64,000 nucleotides of DNA from an uncultured Planctomycetota bacterium (GTDB taxonomy: Bacteria > Planctomycetota > Phycisphaerae > Tepidisphaerales > Tepidisphaeraceae): contig CAWJEN010000006.1 of NCBI GenBank assembly GCA_963841915.1, forward strand, positions 480,001-544,000, read 5' to 3'. This document shows positions 9,182 through 18,479 of the stretch, piece after piece. Position numbers and translations under genes: made by a program. Numbering within the stretch: position 1 is the stretch's first letter; each line of letters opens with the position of its first letter. The notes under the pieces are model-generated. The model saw only the letters and a program-made list of their open reading frames with translations. It did not search any database and was not told where the DNA came from.

Positions 9182-10480
9182 ATGATCAGCGTGACCGAAA
9201 CGCCGTTACCACCCGCGCCGCTTTGGCTCTCGATCGGGCATTGGTGCCTCGTCGGGCTGTATGTCATCGTGCCGATCGTCGTCATCGGGCTCGCCTGGAG
9301 GCGAAAGGCGTGGCGGAATGACCTTGTCGCCACCGCTGTCGTGGGCTTCGCCATCGGCGTCGGCTTCGTGGCCGCCTACGCCCACCTCGTCGGTGGCAGC
9401 GTCACGCGGTTACGACCCTCGGAGGCGCTGCTGGGCGGTTACCTGGCGATCTCGCTGCTGGCGCTGATCAAGCTGATCGACCTTGCCGTACGACGCCTGG
9501 CGTGGCGGCCGATCGAGCCGATCGTGCGGGATCGAGGCAGCCACGCCAGGCGGTCGGGCAGGGCCGTCGTGACGCTGCTGCGAGCCTTTGCACTGGTTCT
9601 GATTGCGATGCCGCTGCTCGCGGCGGCGACGATGGTCTACCGGCCGAAGGTCACACCCGACCTCGTTCCTCCCGCCGACTACGAAGACGTCCGATTTAGT
9701 GCAAGTGACGGCACCGAAATCGCAGGCTGGTATCTGCCGTCGCGAACGCAGGCGACGTCGGCCGTGCTTGTCGTGCCTGGCCTTGGGTCTGGTAAAGCTG
9801 ACGCACTGCCGGTGGCGCTGGCGATGCTCGACGCCGGGCACAACGTCCTGGTGATCGACCCGCGTGCCCACGGCGACTCGGGTGGACGCCTGACAAGCTT
9901 CGGCGATCGCGGCAGGCTCGATGTCCGCGCCGCTCGGCAATGGCTTGGCGACGAGCGACCCGAGGCAAGCCAAGCTGTTTTCGGCCTCGGCATCAGCATG
10001 GGCGGGGCGGCGTTGTTGTCGTCGCAGGCTCCCTTCGACGCTGTGGCCGTCGTCGACACGTTCGATGATCTGGGCGTCCTGGCCGACGATGTGATCGCCC
10101 GGCAGTTTGCGTTTATTCCCCCGCTTCGGTGGTCGACGCAGCAGAGCGTGCCGTGGCTGGTGAGCCTTCACAACGGCCGGTCGATGGCAGCGTTCCGGCC
10201 GGCCGACTACGCAGCCGAGCTGTGGCCGACGCCGCTTCTGGTGGTGCACAGCCGCGACGACGATCTGATTCCCTTTGCGGCAGGACGCCGGCTGTACGAT
10301 GTGGCGGCGGCGCCGAAGCAGGCTCATTGGCCACGCGGATTGAGCCACCAAGAGGTCTTTGCAGACACCGACGTGCTCAAGGAGATCACGACGTACTTCG
10401 CCAAAGCGGCGAGGTGGCAGCCGGTCGTTCAGGCCGACTTCGTGCAGGCCGACTTCGTGCAGGCCGACTTCAGGCGTTGA
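9182..10480 (+). CDS. Membrane-anchored alpha/beta hydrolase
   Basis: About 4 N-terminal TMs, DPRAHGDS, GISMGG nucleophile elbow, HSRDD and LSH triad residues. Confidence 0.85.
   Translation: MISVTETPLPPAPLWLSIGHWCLVGLYVIVPIVVIGLAWRRKAWRNDLVATAVVGFAIGVGFVAAYAHLVGGSVTRLRPSEALLGGYLAISLLALIKLIDLAVRRLAWRPIEPIVRDRGSHARRSGRAVVTLLRAFALVLIAMPLLAAATMVYRPKVTPDLVPPADYEDVRFSASDGTEIAGWYLPSRTQATSAVLVVPGLGSGKADALPVALAMLDAGHNVLVIDPRAHGDSGGRLTSFGDRGRLDVRAARQWLGDERPEASQAVFGLGISMGGAALLSSQAPFDAVAVVDTFDDLGVLADDVIARQFAFIPPLRWSTQQSVPWLVSLHNGRSMAAFRPADYAAELWPTPLLVVHSRDDDLIPFAAGRRLYDVAAAPKQAHWPRGLSHQEVFADTDVLKEITTYFAKAARWQPVVQADFVQADFVQADFRR
10430..10471. repeat. 15-bp tandem repeat (CAGGCCGACTTCGTG x2.8)
   Basis: Directly visible; encodes VQADF x3 at the hydrolase C-terminus. 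Confidence 0.9.
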
Positions 10481-11843
10481 GTACGATCACCAGCAGGATG
10501 AGGTTGATCACCACGCTGGCGGCGGCGACGACGGCGGCGACGATGAACTCAGGTCGCTCCCATACGCGGCCGGGTGGCGGCGTCACGTCGACCGTGTGCT
10601 GCCGGGCAGCCTGTTCCATCTCGGCCAGCGTGCCGAAGTCGACGGCACGACGGGCAAATCGCGGGGCCTCGCCGCCTACGACGAGGCGAAGATCTTCGAG
10701 CATCTGGTCGGCGTCCTGATATCGCTCCTCGCGGTTCTTGCCCATCGAGTACTCAACGATCTCGCTGATCCCGGCCCCGAGAGCGACGTTAAGATGATCG
10801 GGTGGCGTCAACTCGTCCCGCAGGTGCTTGTGCATGACCGCCGTCGGCGAATCACCGTCGAACGGCGGTCGGCCCGTCACGAGGTGGTAAAGCGTCGCAC
10901 CGAGGCTGTACAGGTCGGCACGGTGATCGACGTCGACATCGCCGCGGATCTGCTCGGGGCTGATGTAGTACGGCGTGCCGTAGGCCTTGCCCGCTTCGCC
11001 TTCGGCGGCGGCTTTGTCGCTGACATCGCGGGCCAAGCCCAAGTCCGTCAGCTTCGCCTGACCCTTGGGCGTCAGGATGATGTTCTTCGGCTTGACGTCG
11101 CGGTGGACGAGGCCCTTGTGGTGCGCATGGGCTAGCGCATCAGCCATCTGTATCGTGATGTCGAGCGCTTCGGCTTCGCTGAAGTTGCGACCCTCGCCCA
11201 CCGGTGGTGGCTGCATGATGTCGTAGAGCGTCTTGCCCTCGAGGTACTCCATTACGAAGTAGTGCCTGCCGTCGGGCGTCTCGCCGACGTCGATCGCCTG
11301 CACGATGTTGTTGTGCGACAAGCGGGCGGCGGCCTGACCTTCCTTGTAGAACCGCTCGACGAAGTCTGGGTCGCGACTGCTCCGTTCGGGTAGGACCTTG
11401 AGTGCAACGATGCGGTCGAGCGAAATCTGGCGGGCCTTGTAGACCGTCGCCATCGCGCCGCGGCCCAGCTGGCCCATCAGCTCGAATCCCGGCACCTGAC
11501 CGGCCCGCCGCTGCTCGGCCCGCTTGCGAATTCGCTCGGCCTGCACCTCGGTCAGCAGCTTGCGACTGACGAGAATGTCGGTCAGCGTCCGCTGACTCGG
11601 ATCGCTCTCTGCGTTGGCATTGCGGAGCTGATCGCGAGCGTCCTCGAGCTCACCGGCCGTGATGATGCCGAGTTCAACGACGGCCTTGCCGATTTCGCTG
11701 TCGGTCTTGTGCACGCCGAACGTTTCACTCGATCGGAGCGAGGCGGTGTCGGTTCCGCGGCTTTGGGCGGCCTTGGAGCCGGAGCCGCCCGCGGGCGACG
11801 AGCCGGTCTTGTGGTCTGCGGAAGCAGTCGAAGCGGTCGGCAT
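10470..11843 (-). CDS. Hanks-type Ser/Thr protein kinase with C-terminal TM anchor
   Basis: GRGAMATVYKA, VALK, HRDVKPKN, DLG, GTPYYISPEQ; terminal hydrophobic helix. Confidence 0.92.
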   Translation of the reverse strand: MPTASTASADHKTGSSPAGGSGSKAAQSRGTDTASLRSSETFGVHKTDSEIGKAVVELGIITAGELEDARDQLRNANAESDPSQRTLTDILVSRKLLTEVQAERIRKRAEQRRAGQVPGFELMGQLGRGAMATVYKARQISLDRIVALKVLPERSSRDPDFVERFYKEGQAAARLSHNNIVQAIDVGETPDGRHYFVMEYLEGKTLYDIMQPPPVGEGRNFSEAEALDITIQMADALAHAHHKGLVHRDVKPKNIILTPKGQAKLTDLGLARDVSDKAAAEGEAGKAYGTPYYISPEQIRGDVDVDHRADLYSLGATLYHLVTGRPPFDGDSPTAVMHKHLRDELTPPDHLNVALGAGISEIVEYSMGKNREERYQDADQMLEDLRLVVGGEAPRFARRAVDFGTLAEMEQAARQHTVDVTPPPGRVWERPEFIVAAVVAAASVVINLILLVIVLNA

Positions 11844-12010
11844 GATCGACGGTCGTCGCGTTGGGGTAAAAGCTGGTGCGACGCCTTCTAGCGGGCGGTG
11901 GCGGTCCGCATTAGTGCTGAAACTCTCGCTGATGTCAAGGCTGTAGGTTGAATAGGCCGCGGCTTTGGGTGTGCGGGATGCCGAACTCCTGGACTGTTCC
12001 GAAAGGGCGG

Positions 12011-12039
12011 TTGACCCTGCCGCGGGAGTTGGGAATGAT
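12011..12039 (+). promoter_or_regulatory. Putative sigma70 promoter of tRNA-His
   Basis: TTGACC-17 nt-AATGAT upstream of the tRNA. Confidence 0.4.
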
Positions 12040-12071
12040 GTCGACCGGCCGACGGACTGTTGGCCCGAGAC

Positions 12072-12146
12072 GGTAGATGTAGCTCAGTTGGTTAGAGCGC
12101 CGCGTTGTGGTCGCGGAGGTCGCGGGTTCGAGTCCCGTCATTTACC
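12072..12146 (+). tRNA. tRNA-His(GTG) with encoded G-1:C73
   Basis: G-GTAGATG/CATTTAC-C acceptor, CCGCG-TTGTGGT-CGCGG anticodon arm, GGTTCGAGTCCC T-arm. Confidence 0.95.
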
Positions 12147-12176
12147 CTTTGGCTGTAGCCATCAGTTGATACGGAC

Positions 12177-12947
12177 ATGTTGCTCAAACGGATCATCCCG
12201 TGTCTGGATTGTGATGCGGGACGTGTGGTCAAGGGCGTCCGATTTCAGGGCATCCGTGACGTGGGCGATCCGGTCGACATTGCAAAGCGCTACGAGGCCG
12301 ACGGGGCGGACGAGCTGGTTTTCTACGACATCACTGCCAGCCACGAGGGTCGCGGCATCATGGCCGACCTTGTGCGGGACGTCTGCGACAGCGTCTTCAT
12401 GCCGATCACGGTCGGCGGCGGGATTCGCACGGCCGACGATGCCGGCCGACTGATCCAGGCGGGTGCCGAGAAGGTGAGCCTCAATTCTGCCGCTGTCACG
12501 CGTCCTGAGTTGATTCGCGAAGTCGCCGATCGTTTCGGGACATGCGCCACAGTGCTCGGCCTCGACGCCAACCGGGTCCAGACGCCAGACGGCGAGGTGT
12601 GGCATGTTTTCGTCAACGGCGGCAGAAAAGACACCGGCCGAGACGTGGTTGAATGGGCCCTTGAGGCCGAAGCCCTTGGCGCCGGCGAAATCGTCTTGAA
12701 CTGCATGACCGCCGACGGCACGACGGGCGGTTACGACCTCGAGATGACGCGTGTGGTGAGCGACGCAGTGAGCGTTCCAGTAGTCGCCAGCGGCGGCGCG
12801 GGTGGCCCGGAGGATCTGTACGACGTGCTGACCGAAGGCCATGCCGACGCGGCCTTGGCGGCGAGCATCTTCCACTTCGGCACGCACCCGGTTCCGGCGG
12901 TGAAGGCGTACCTCGCCGACCGCGGCGTGGCGGTGCGGGTCATCTAA
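12177..12947 (+). CDS. hisF: Imidazole glycerol phosphate synthase cyclase subunit
   Basis: KRIIPCLD, GRVVKGV, GADELVF, VGGGIR, ASGGAG, ALAASIFH. Confidence 0.97.
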   Translation: MLLKRIIPCLDCDAGRVVKGVRFQGIRDVGDPVDIAKRYEADGADELVFYDITASHEGRGIMADLVRDVCDSVFMPITVGGGIRTADDAGRLIQAGAEKVSLNSAAVTRPELIREVADRFGTCATVLGLDANRVQTPDGEVWHVFVNGGRKDTGRDVVEWALEAEALGAGEIVLNCMTADGTTGGYDLEMTRVVSDAVSVPVVASGGAGGPEDLYDVLTEGHADAALAASIFHFGTHPVPAVKAYLADRGVAVRVI

Positions 12948-12971
12948 AAACCTCGACCTGCCGCATCTCCT

Positions 12972-13883
12972 CTAATTGTGTGCAAGCTTCAGGCGTAGGC
13001 CAGAGATCAGCATCGACAGTTGCAGGACGACCGCCATCAGGCAAGTGGCGAGCAAGGCGATCATCAGGACGAAGAGCGGAATGAACAAGATGCACCACCA
13101 CGTCGAGCGGCTGCCGCCCGCTGCGGCCAGGATGATGAACAGGCAGACCCAGAGGATGCCGTCCTGAGCGTGCTTCAGCGTGCCGAATTGGCGGCTTTCC
13201 TTGTCGGCAATGTCCGTCAGAAAGCGACCTTGCCAGCGACCATCAGCGCGAAGTGCGCGAGCCCGCTCGATCGCGAGACTCAGGCGGCCGAACCGGTCCC
13301 AGTAGCGGGGGATTCGCCACGAACCCGCGGCGAGCAGCAGGCACCCGATCATCGCGAGCGGAAGCGGCGACTTATTGGGCAACAGGGCCGTCTCGATGAA
13401 GACAAAAAACACGCCCACGACGGTGAGGATCTCGAAGATCGCCTCTGGCGAACGCCTCGGCAACTGGTTGCCGACGAGACGAACAAGCAGCGCGCCGGCC
13501 ACTAGACGGCAGAGAAGCGCCGTTGCGATCAAGCCGCACGCGGTCACGTTGATCGTCCCGTACTTGCCGAATGCCTTGTTCAGATCTGCGTGAGCGAGGA
13601 GCAGATAGAGCCCACCCGCAAAGGCTGTCAGCGTGCCTGTCACCGAGACTGCGGCAAAAGCGACGGCGAGAAGCTGATCACGCTGTGGAAGATGCCACGC
13701 ATCGCCTAGCGCGAATCTGCCGCGAGGCTGATAGACGGTCGAGATGTCCAAGCCACATTCTGGACAACGTCCGCCGGCCGGCATGCCGCGAAGGTCGTAG
13801 TCGCACTGCAGGCAGACGGTTCCGGCCGGCACGACGTGATCGTCGGGCGGAGGATGCGCGGAGTCCGTTGCCTCGCCTGTCAC
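12972..13883 (-). CDS. Zinc-ribbon multi-pass membrane protein
   Basis: CLQCDYDLRG...CPECG then about 6 TMs. Confidence 0.75.
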   Translation of the reverse strand: MTGEATDSAHPPPDDHVVPAGTVCLQCDYDLRGMPAGGRCPECGLDISTVYQPRGRFALGDAWHLPQRDQLLAVAFAAVSVTGTLTAFAGGLYLLLAHADLNKAFGKYGTINVTACGLIATALLCRLVAGALLVRLVGNQLPRRSPEAIFEILTVVGVFFVFIETALLPNKSPLPLAMIGCLLLAAGSWRIPRYWDRFGRLSLAIERARALRADGRWQGRFLTDIADKESRQFGTLKHAQDGILWVCLFIILAAAGGSRSTWWCILFIPLFVLMIALLATCLMAVVLQLSMLISGLRLKLAHN

Positions 13884-13892
13884 GGGAGCAGG

Positions 13893-14813
13893 TTAACCGG
13901 CAGAGTGGTCTGTGGCAGCAGTCGTGTCCTGCGGCCCCAACCTTCGGCGGCGGGCGAGCGTCCGGTGTGTCAACGCCGCCAACCGCAGGTGCAGGATCAT
14001 GGCGATCAGCCAGAAGGCGATGCCGCAAAAGAAGGAGACGATGGCGACGCCTTCCAACCAGCCTGACCTGATGATTCGGTCAAAGGCAAGAACGTATGCG
14101 GCAAATCCGAGCAGAATGAGGAGGAAGCCGATCCACGCGACCCACAACCGAATCTGCGTCGGTCGGAGTCCCGGAGGCAAGTGGCGGCCGTGCTGCTCGA
14201 TGGCCGCCGCCTTCCTTGCAGTGAGCGTCCAGATGTCGAGGTAGTAGAGCCAGACTGGCAAGGCCGAGACGAGCACGAGGCTGACCATCCAACAATCGAC
14301 CAGTTCCTGCGACACATGACGATCAGTGGTTCGGGCCAGCCACATCAGACTCGACCACACGCCTGCCAAACCGGCTGTGCCGAGGATCGCCATGACTTTC
14401 GCCCGGGTCGGGAGGTTCGGGTACGGCACGACCATCAGGCGGACGGCGCGAGTTATTCGATTGATGGCGAGCATGCCGCTGAAGAAGAACACGGCGGCGG
14501 CCATCGCCACGACGCGGAGTGGCAGCGGGAGCGACTTGCCATCGTCCCAAATAGGGATGAATGTCACGATCGGCGGCAGGGCGATGGCCGCGAGGCCGGC
14601 GACAGCGGCAATCATCATCCAGAAGCTGCCCGATCGAGCCAAACTGATTGTTGCCGGCGATGCAGGTTGCACCACCGGCCCGAGTGAGGACCGGACGGGC
14701 AAGCCGCACTCGGGGCACAGGCCGCGTTCGGACGTGGCGCGGAGGTCATACCCGCATCTCGCACAAGAGATGCCGCGTGTCGCGAGCTTCGGTTGTGGGT
14801 CGGGCTCGGGCAT
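13893..14813 (-). CDS. Zinc-ribbon multi-pass membrane protein, same architecture as neighbour
   Basis: CARCGYDLRA...CPECG then about 6 TMs. Confidence 0.75.
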   Translation of the reverse strand: MPEPDPQPKLATRGISCARCGYDLRATSERGLCPECGLPVRSSLGPVVQPASPATISLARSGSFWMMIAAVAGLAAIALPPIVTFIPIWDDGKSLPLPLRVVAMAAAVFFFSGMLAINRITRAVRLMVVPYPNLPTRAKVMAILGTAGLAGVWSSLMWLARTTDRHVSQELVDCWMVSLVLVSALPVWLYYLDIWTLTARKAAAIEQHGRHLPPGLRPTQIRLWVAWIGFLLILLGFAAYVLAFDRIIRSGWLEGVAIVSFFCGIAFWLIAMILHLRLAALTHRTLARRRRLGPQDTTAATDHSAG

Positions 14814-14897
14814 GGACTCAGACGAATCTATTGCTCATGCTCCATCTCAACAAGCTCCCGCGACGCGGCATCCGGCTTGCACCACTAGTGTGGAACA

Positions 14898-15383
14898 ATG
14901 GCAAAACAATACAACTCACCGCCGGAACAAACGATCGACTCCAGCAAGCAGTACTCGGCCTCCATGAAGACCAACCGCGGCACGATCGAGATCGAGCTCT
15001 TCGCCGCTGATGCGCCCGAGACGGTCAACAACTTCGTCTTCCTCGCGCAGGACGGCTTCTACGACGGTGTGGCGTTCCACCGCGTCATCCCGGACTTCAT
15101 GGTGCAAGGCGGTGACCCGACCGGAACCGGTAGCGGCGGCCCGGGGTACAAGTTTGCCGACGAGAAGGCGGCGCTCAAGCTCAAGCACAAGGGTCCGGGC
15201 ACGCTCTCGATGGCCAACGCCGGCCCGAACACCAACGGCAGCCAGTTCTTCATCACGCACGTCGCCACCGACTGGCTCGACGGCAAGCACGCCGTCTTCG
15301 GCAAGGTGACCGAAGGTCAAGACATCGTCGACAGCATTCAGCAGGGCGACACGATCGACACCGTTGAAATCAAGACTGCCTGA
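14898..15383 (+). CDS. Cyclophilin-type peptidyl-prolyl isomerase, cytoplasmic
   Basis: [42 protein letters not shown]. Confidence 0.95.
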   Translation: MAKQYNSPPEQTIDSSKQYSASMKTNRGTIEIELFAADAPETVNNFVFLAQDGFYDGVAFHRVIPDFMVQGGDPTGTGSGGPGYKFADEKAALKLKHKGPGTLSMANAGPNTNGSQFFITHVATDWLDGKHAVFGKVTEGQDIVDSIQQGDTIDTVEIKTA

Positions 15384-15394
15384 ACCCGCACATC

Positions 15395-16060
15395 ATGAAT
15401 AGCAAAACCTTTAAGACTCTTTCGCTCGCGGGCGTTGCGATGATGGCTGTCTCCTGCGGCGACGCCGCGGGGCAGCCCTCGCCCGACGCCGCCAAGCCGC
15501 AGGCCGCCAAGCAATACGATGCGCCGCCACCGATGACGATCGATGCCGCTAAAGATTACTCGGCCAAGATCGTGACGAACCTCGGCAGCTTCACCGTCGA
15601 CCTCTTCGAGGCCGACGCGCCTGTTACCGTCAACAACTTCGTCTTCCTCGCCGGCGAAGACTTCTACGACGGGGTCATCTTCCACCGTGTCATCGACCGC
15701 TTCATGATCCAGGGCGGTGATCCGACCGGTACCGGCATGGGTGGCCCCGGGTACCAGTTCCAGGACGAGACTCGCGGCAACAAGCAGCAGCACGAGCCGT
15801 TCACCCTTTCCATGGCCAACTCGGGTCCGAACACCAACGGCAGCCAGTTCTTCGTCACCGAAGTCGCCACCGGCCACCTCGACGGCCGTCACACCGTCTT
15901 CGGACGCGTGACCGAGGGCAAGGACATCGTCGAGAAGATCAGCGACGTTCGCGTTGGCAGGGGCGACAAACCGGTCGAGGACGTTGTCATGCAGGACGTC
16001 ATCATCATGGTCGACGGCGAGCCGATGAACGGCGGGAAGCCGACGACGCAACCATCCTGA
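15395..16060 (+). CDS. Cyclophilin-type peptidyl-prolyl isomerase, lipoprotein
   Basis: Signal ending AVS-C, FHRVIDRFMIQGGDPTG, NGSQFFV. Confidence 0.93.
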   Translation: MNSKTFKTLSLAGVAMMAVSCGDAAGQPSPDAAKPQAAKQYDAPPPMTIDAAKDYSAKIVTNLGSFTVDLFEADAPVTVNNFVFLAGEDFYDGVIFHRVIDRFMIQGGDPTGTGMGGPGYQFQDETRGNKQQHEPFTLSMANSGPNTNGSQFFVTEVATGHLDGRHTVFGRVTEGKDIVEKISDVRVGRGDKPVEDVVMQDVIIMVDGEPMNGGKPTTQPS

Positions 16061-16085
16061 TCACTGGGATCTTGAGCAAAACTGA

Positions 16086-16117
16086 AAAGGCCCGGCAGTT
16101 CGCACTGCCGGGCCTTT
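16086..16117. terminator. Bidirectional intrinsic terminator
   Basis: AAAGGCCCGGCAGT-TCGC-ACTGCCGGGCCTTT between convergent genes. Confidence 0.85.
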
Positions 16118-16136
16118 GTCATGTCTTGAGCGACGG

Positions 16137-17012
16137 CTACTGAGCCGAGGCCTGTGCGTCACGCTCGGCGATGAGCTTGGGGATCAGCGTCTCGAGCTGG
16201 CCGCGAGCCTCGGTGCTGTGGAGCTTGCCTTCGGCGTCGATGATGAACAGCTGTGGGATGGCGTTGACGCCCCACGACTTGCTGAACTCGCTCTGCCAGC
16301 CGTTGCCTTGGTAGTACTGCGGCCAGGCGATGTCGTTTTCCTCGACATAGGCCATGAGCTTGTCCTTACCGCCTTCTGCCTCGGGGGCGTCGAGGCTGAC
16401 ACCGATGAACTCGACGCCTTGATCTTTGTACTCGGCGTAGAGCTTCTTCATCTTGGGCATCTCGGCGATGCACGGGCCACACCACGTGGCCCAGAAGTCG
16501 ATAACGACGACCTTGCCGGCGAGGTCCTCCTGCAGGCTCATTTCTTCGTCACTGCGCAGGGGCGTGAAGGTGAGCTCGAAGGGTTGGCCGATCTTCTCCA
16601 TCTGCTTCATGCCGGCCTTGGCCATGACAGCAAATTCGCTCTCGGGGTGCAGCTCGACAAGCTTGCCGAGGTAAGCGGACTTCTCCTCAGTCTCTTCGGC
16701 GTAGTCGCCCAAAACGTAGAGCAGCTGGGCTGACCGCTCGTCTTCGGGGTAGGCCTCAACGAACAGCTCAGCGGCGGCGAGTGCCTGGGGCAGATCGGTC
16801 GCCGCCTGCACACCGGCGTAGAGCGCTTCGGCCGACTTTTTGGCCTCAGTGGCCGGCTGCGTCGACGGCGCGTCGGCCTCCGTGCTGATGTCCATCATCG
16901 CCTCTTTGGCCGATGGAGCGTCGCAGCAGCTGTCGCCGGCGTGGACGGTGGAAACGAGCAGGGCCGCGGTGGCGGCGGAGGCGAGCAGAATCTTCGGGTT
17001 CACAAACGTCAT
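16137..17012 (-). CDS. Exported TlpA-family thiol:disulfide oxidoreductase
   Basis: Signal peptide (VHA), DFWATWCGPC, GVNAIP; AAGGA before ATG 17012. Confidence 0.88.
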   Translation of the reverse strand: MTFVNPKILLASAATAALLVSTVHAGDSCCDAPSAKEAMMDISTEADAPSTQPATEAKKSAEALYAGVQAATDLPQALAAAELFVEAYPEDERSAQLLYVLGDYAEETEEKSAYLGKLVELHPESEFAVMAKAGMKQMEKIGQPFELTFTPLRSDEEMSLQEDLAGKVVVIDFWATWCGPCIAEMPKMKKLYAEYKDQGVEFIGVSLDAPEAEGGKDKLMAYVEENDIAWPQYYQGNGWQSEFSKSWGVNAIPQLFIIDAEGKLHSTEARGQLETLIPKLIAERDAQASAQ

Positions 17013-17118
17013 GGGGTCCTTTCGGGCAGGTAGGTTGTTGACCCTATTCAAGACACACAAACGCCGCCGACGTCGCAACGCCGGCGGCAGATTTTCGGAC
17101 CACCTGCTGTGCCACGCC

Positions 17119-18150
17119 TCAGGCGCGACGGAGGCTCTCGAGGTACCGACCCGACTTGCCAAGACTGCGACGGCGGATCGCGTCGATGATCTCGTGCACG
17201 CGACTGTTCAGATTCGGGTCGGCGAGCATCGCCTCCATCTTGACGCTCATCGGGGCCTTCTTGCTCACAAACAACTTGCGGGCAGCGACCTCAAGGGCGG
17301 CGATGTCTTCCTCGCTGATCTTGCCGCTGCGACGCAGGCCGATGATGTTGACGGCCCGGATGCGGTCTTCCTGGTCGACCTTGACATAGGGCGGCACGTC
17401 GACGTGGACCTGCGAATACCCGCCGACGAAGGCAAAGTTACCGATCGTTACGAAGTGGTGCACTGCGCTGCCGCCCATCATCGAGACGTAGTCGTTGATG
17501 ACGACGTGCCCGGCCAGCATGACGTTGTTGCCGATGATGCATCGGCTACCAATGGAGGCATCGTGACCGACGTGGGCGCCGACCATGATGAGGTTGTGGC
17601 TACCGACGCGGGTCGTGCCACCACCGGTGGACGTGCCGGTGTGGATCGTGACGTGCTCGCGGATCTCGTTGCCGTCACCGACGATGAGGTAGGTCTTCTC
17701 GCCGGCGAACTTCTTGTCTTGCGGGTCACCACCGGTCACCGAGTACGGGTGGAAGGTGTTGTCGCTGCCACAGGTCGTGTTCCCGATGACGGTCGCGTGG
17801 GGCAACAGGCGGCAACCCGGGCCGAGGGTGACCTTCGGGCCGACGACGCAGAACGGGCCGATTTCGACATCTGGGGCGATGTCGGCACGCGGATCGACGT
17901 ACGCAAGCGGGCTGATGCGTGGGGAAGCGACATCGTCGTCACCCCATGGCTTACCCGTGTCGGCTACGCCGTCCATGTCCCGTCGGACGGGCCGACGGAG
18001 CTTGCGGCGGAGCCGGCTGGCGCGACCACCGACCAGCACCGGGTCTGCTCCGGCCTCACGGCTGGTGGCGTACGGCACGGTGTCGTCGGAGCGGTGCTCA
18101 GAGTCGCCGGAGAAGAAGTAACCGGTCAGGCTATCGAGAATCTTGGCCAT
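17119..18150 (-). CDS. lpxA: Acyl-ACP--UDP-GlcNAc O-acyltransferase; start uncertain (17976, 18150 or 18330)
   Basis: Hexapeptide repeats, EIGPFCVVG, GGDPQDKKF, NEIREHVTIH, HVGHD, LAGHV. Confidence 0.9.
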   Translation of the reverse strand: MAKILDSLTGYFFSGDSEHRSDDTVPYATSREAGADPVLVGGRASRLRRKLRRPVRRDMDGVADTGKPWGDDDVASPRISPLAYVDPRADIAPDVEIGPFCVVGPKVTLGPGCRLLPHATVIGNTTCGSDNTFHPYSVTGGDPQDKKFAGEKTYLIVGDGNEIREHVTIHTGTSTGGGTTRVGSHNLIMVGAHVGHDASIGSRCIIGNNVMLAGHVVINDYVSMMGGSAVHHFVTIGNFAFVGGYSQVHVDVPPYVKVDQEDRIRAVNIIGLRRSGKISEEDIAALEVAARKLFVSKKAPMSVKMEAMLADPNLNSRVHEIIDAIRRRSLGKSGRYLESLRRA

Positions 18151-18479
18151 GGCGTGGGCCGCCGGAGGAAGGTGGCGGTCCTTGGGAGCCGTTGTACCAG
18201 CTTTGGCTGCTCGGGGTTCACTGCAAATCGTCTTCGGACGAAGCAACGATCTCCCGGCGACCTGACTGTGCCCCGAGGGGCGGTCAGCGGCTTCCGAAAA
18301 AAGGGTACCAGCAGTCGGGGCAGTTGTCATGGCGATCTCGGGCTTTCGGTCCAGGACAGGTGTTTCGACGCGACAACACGTCTCACCCGGCAAGGTCCAA
18401 TAACGCGTTGTGCTCTGCTGACATCGGCCACATGCCTCGCCCGTCACCAGCGGCGACACATTGACACCTGCTGCACGAT

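Noticed and set aside
9056..12146. tRNA-Arg or tRNA-His as an island integration site
   Set aside because: No duplicated tRNA 3' end noticed and no integrase; flanks look like core genes
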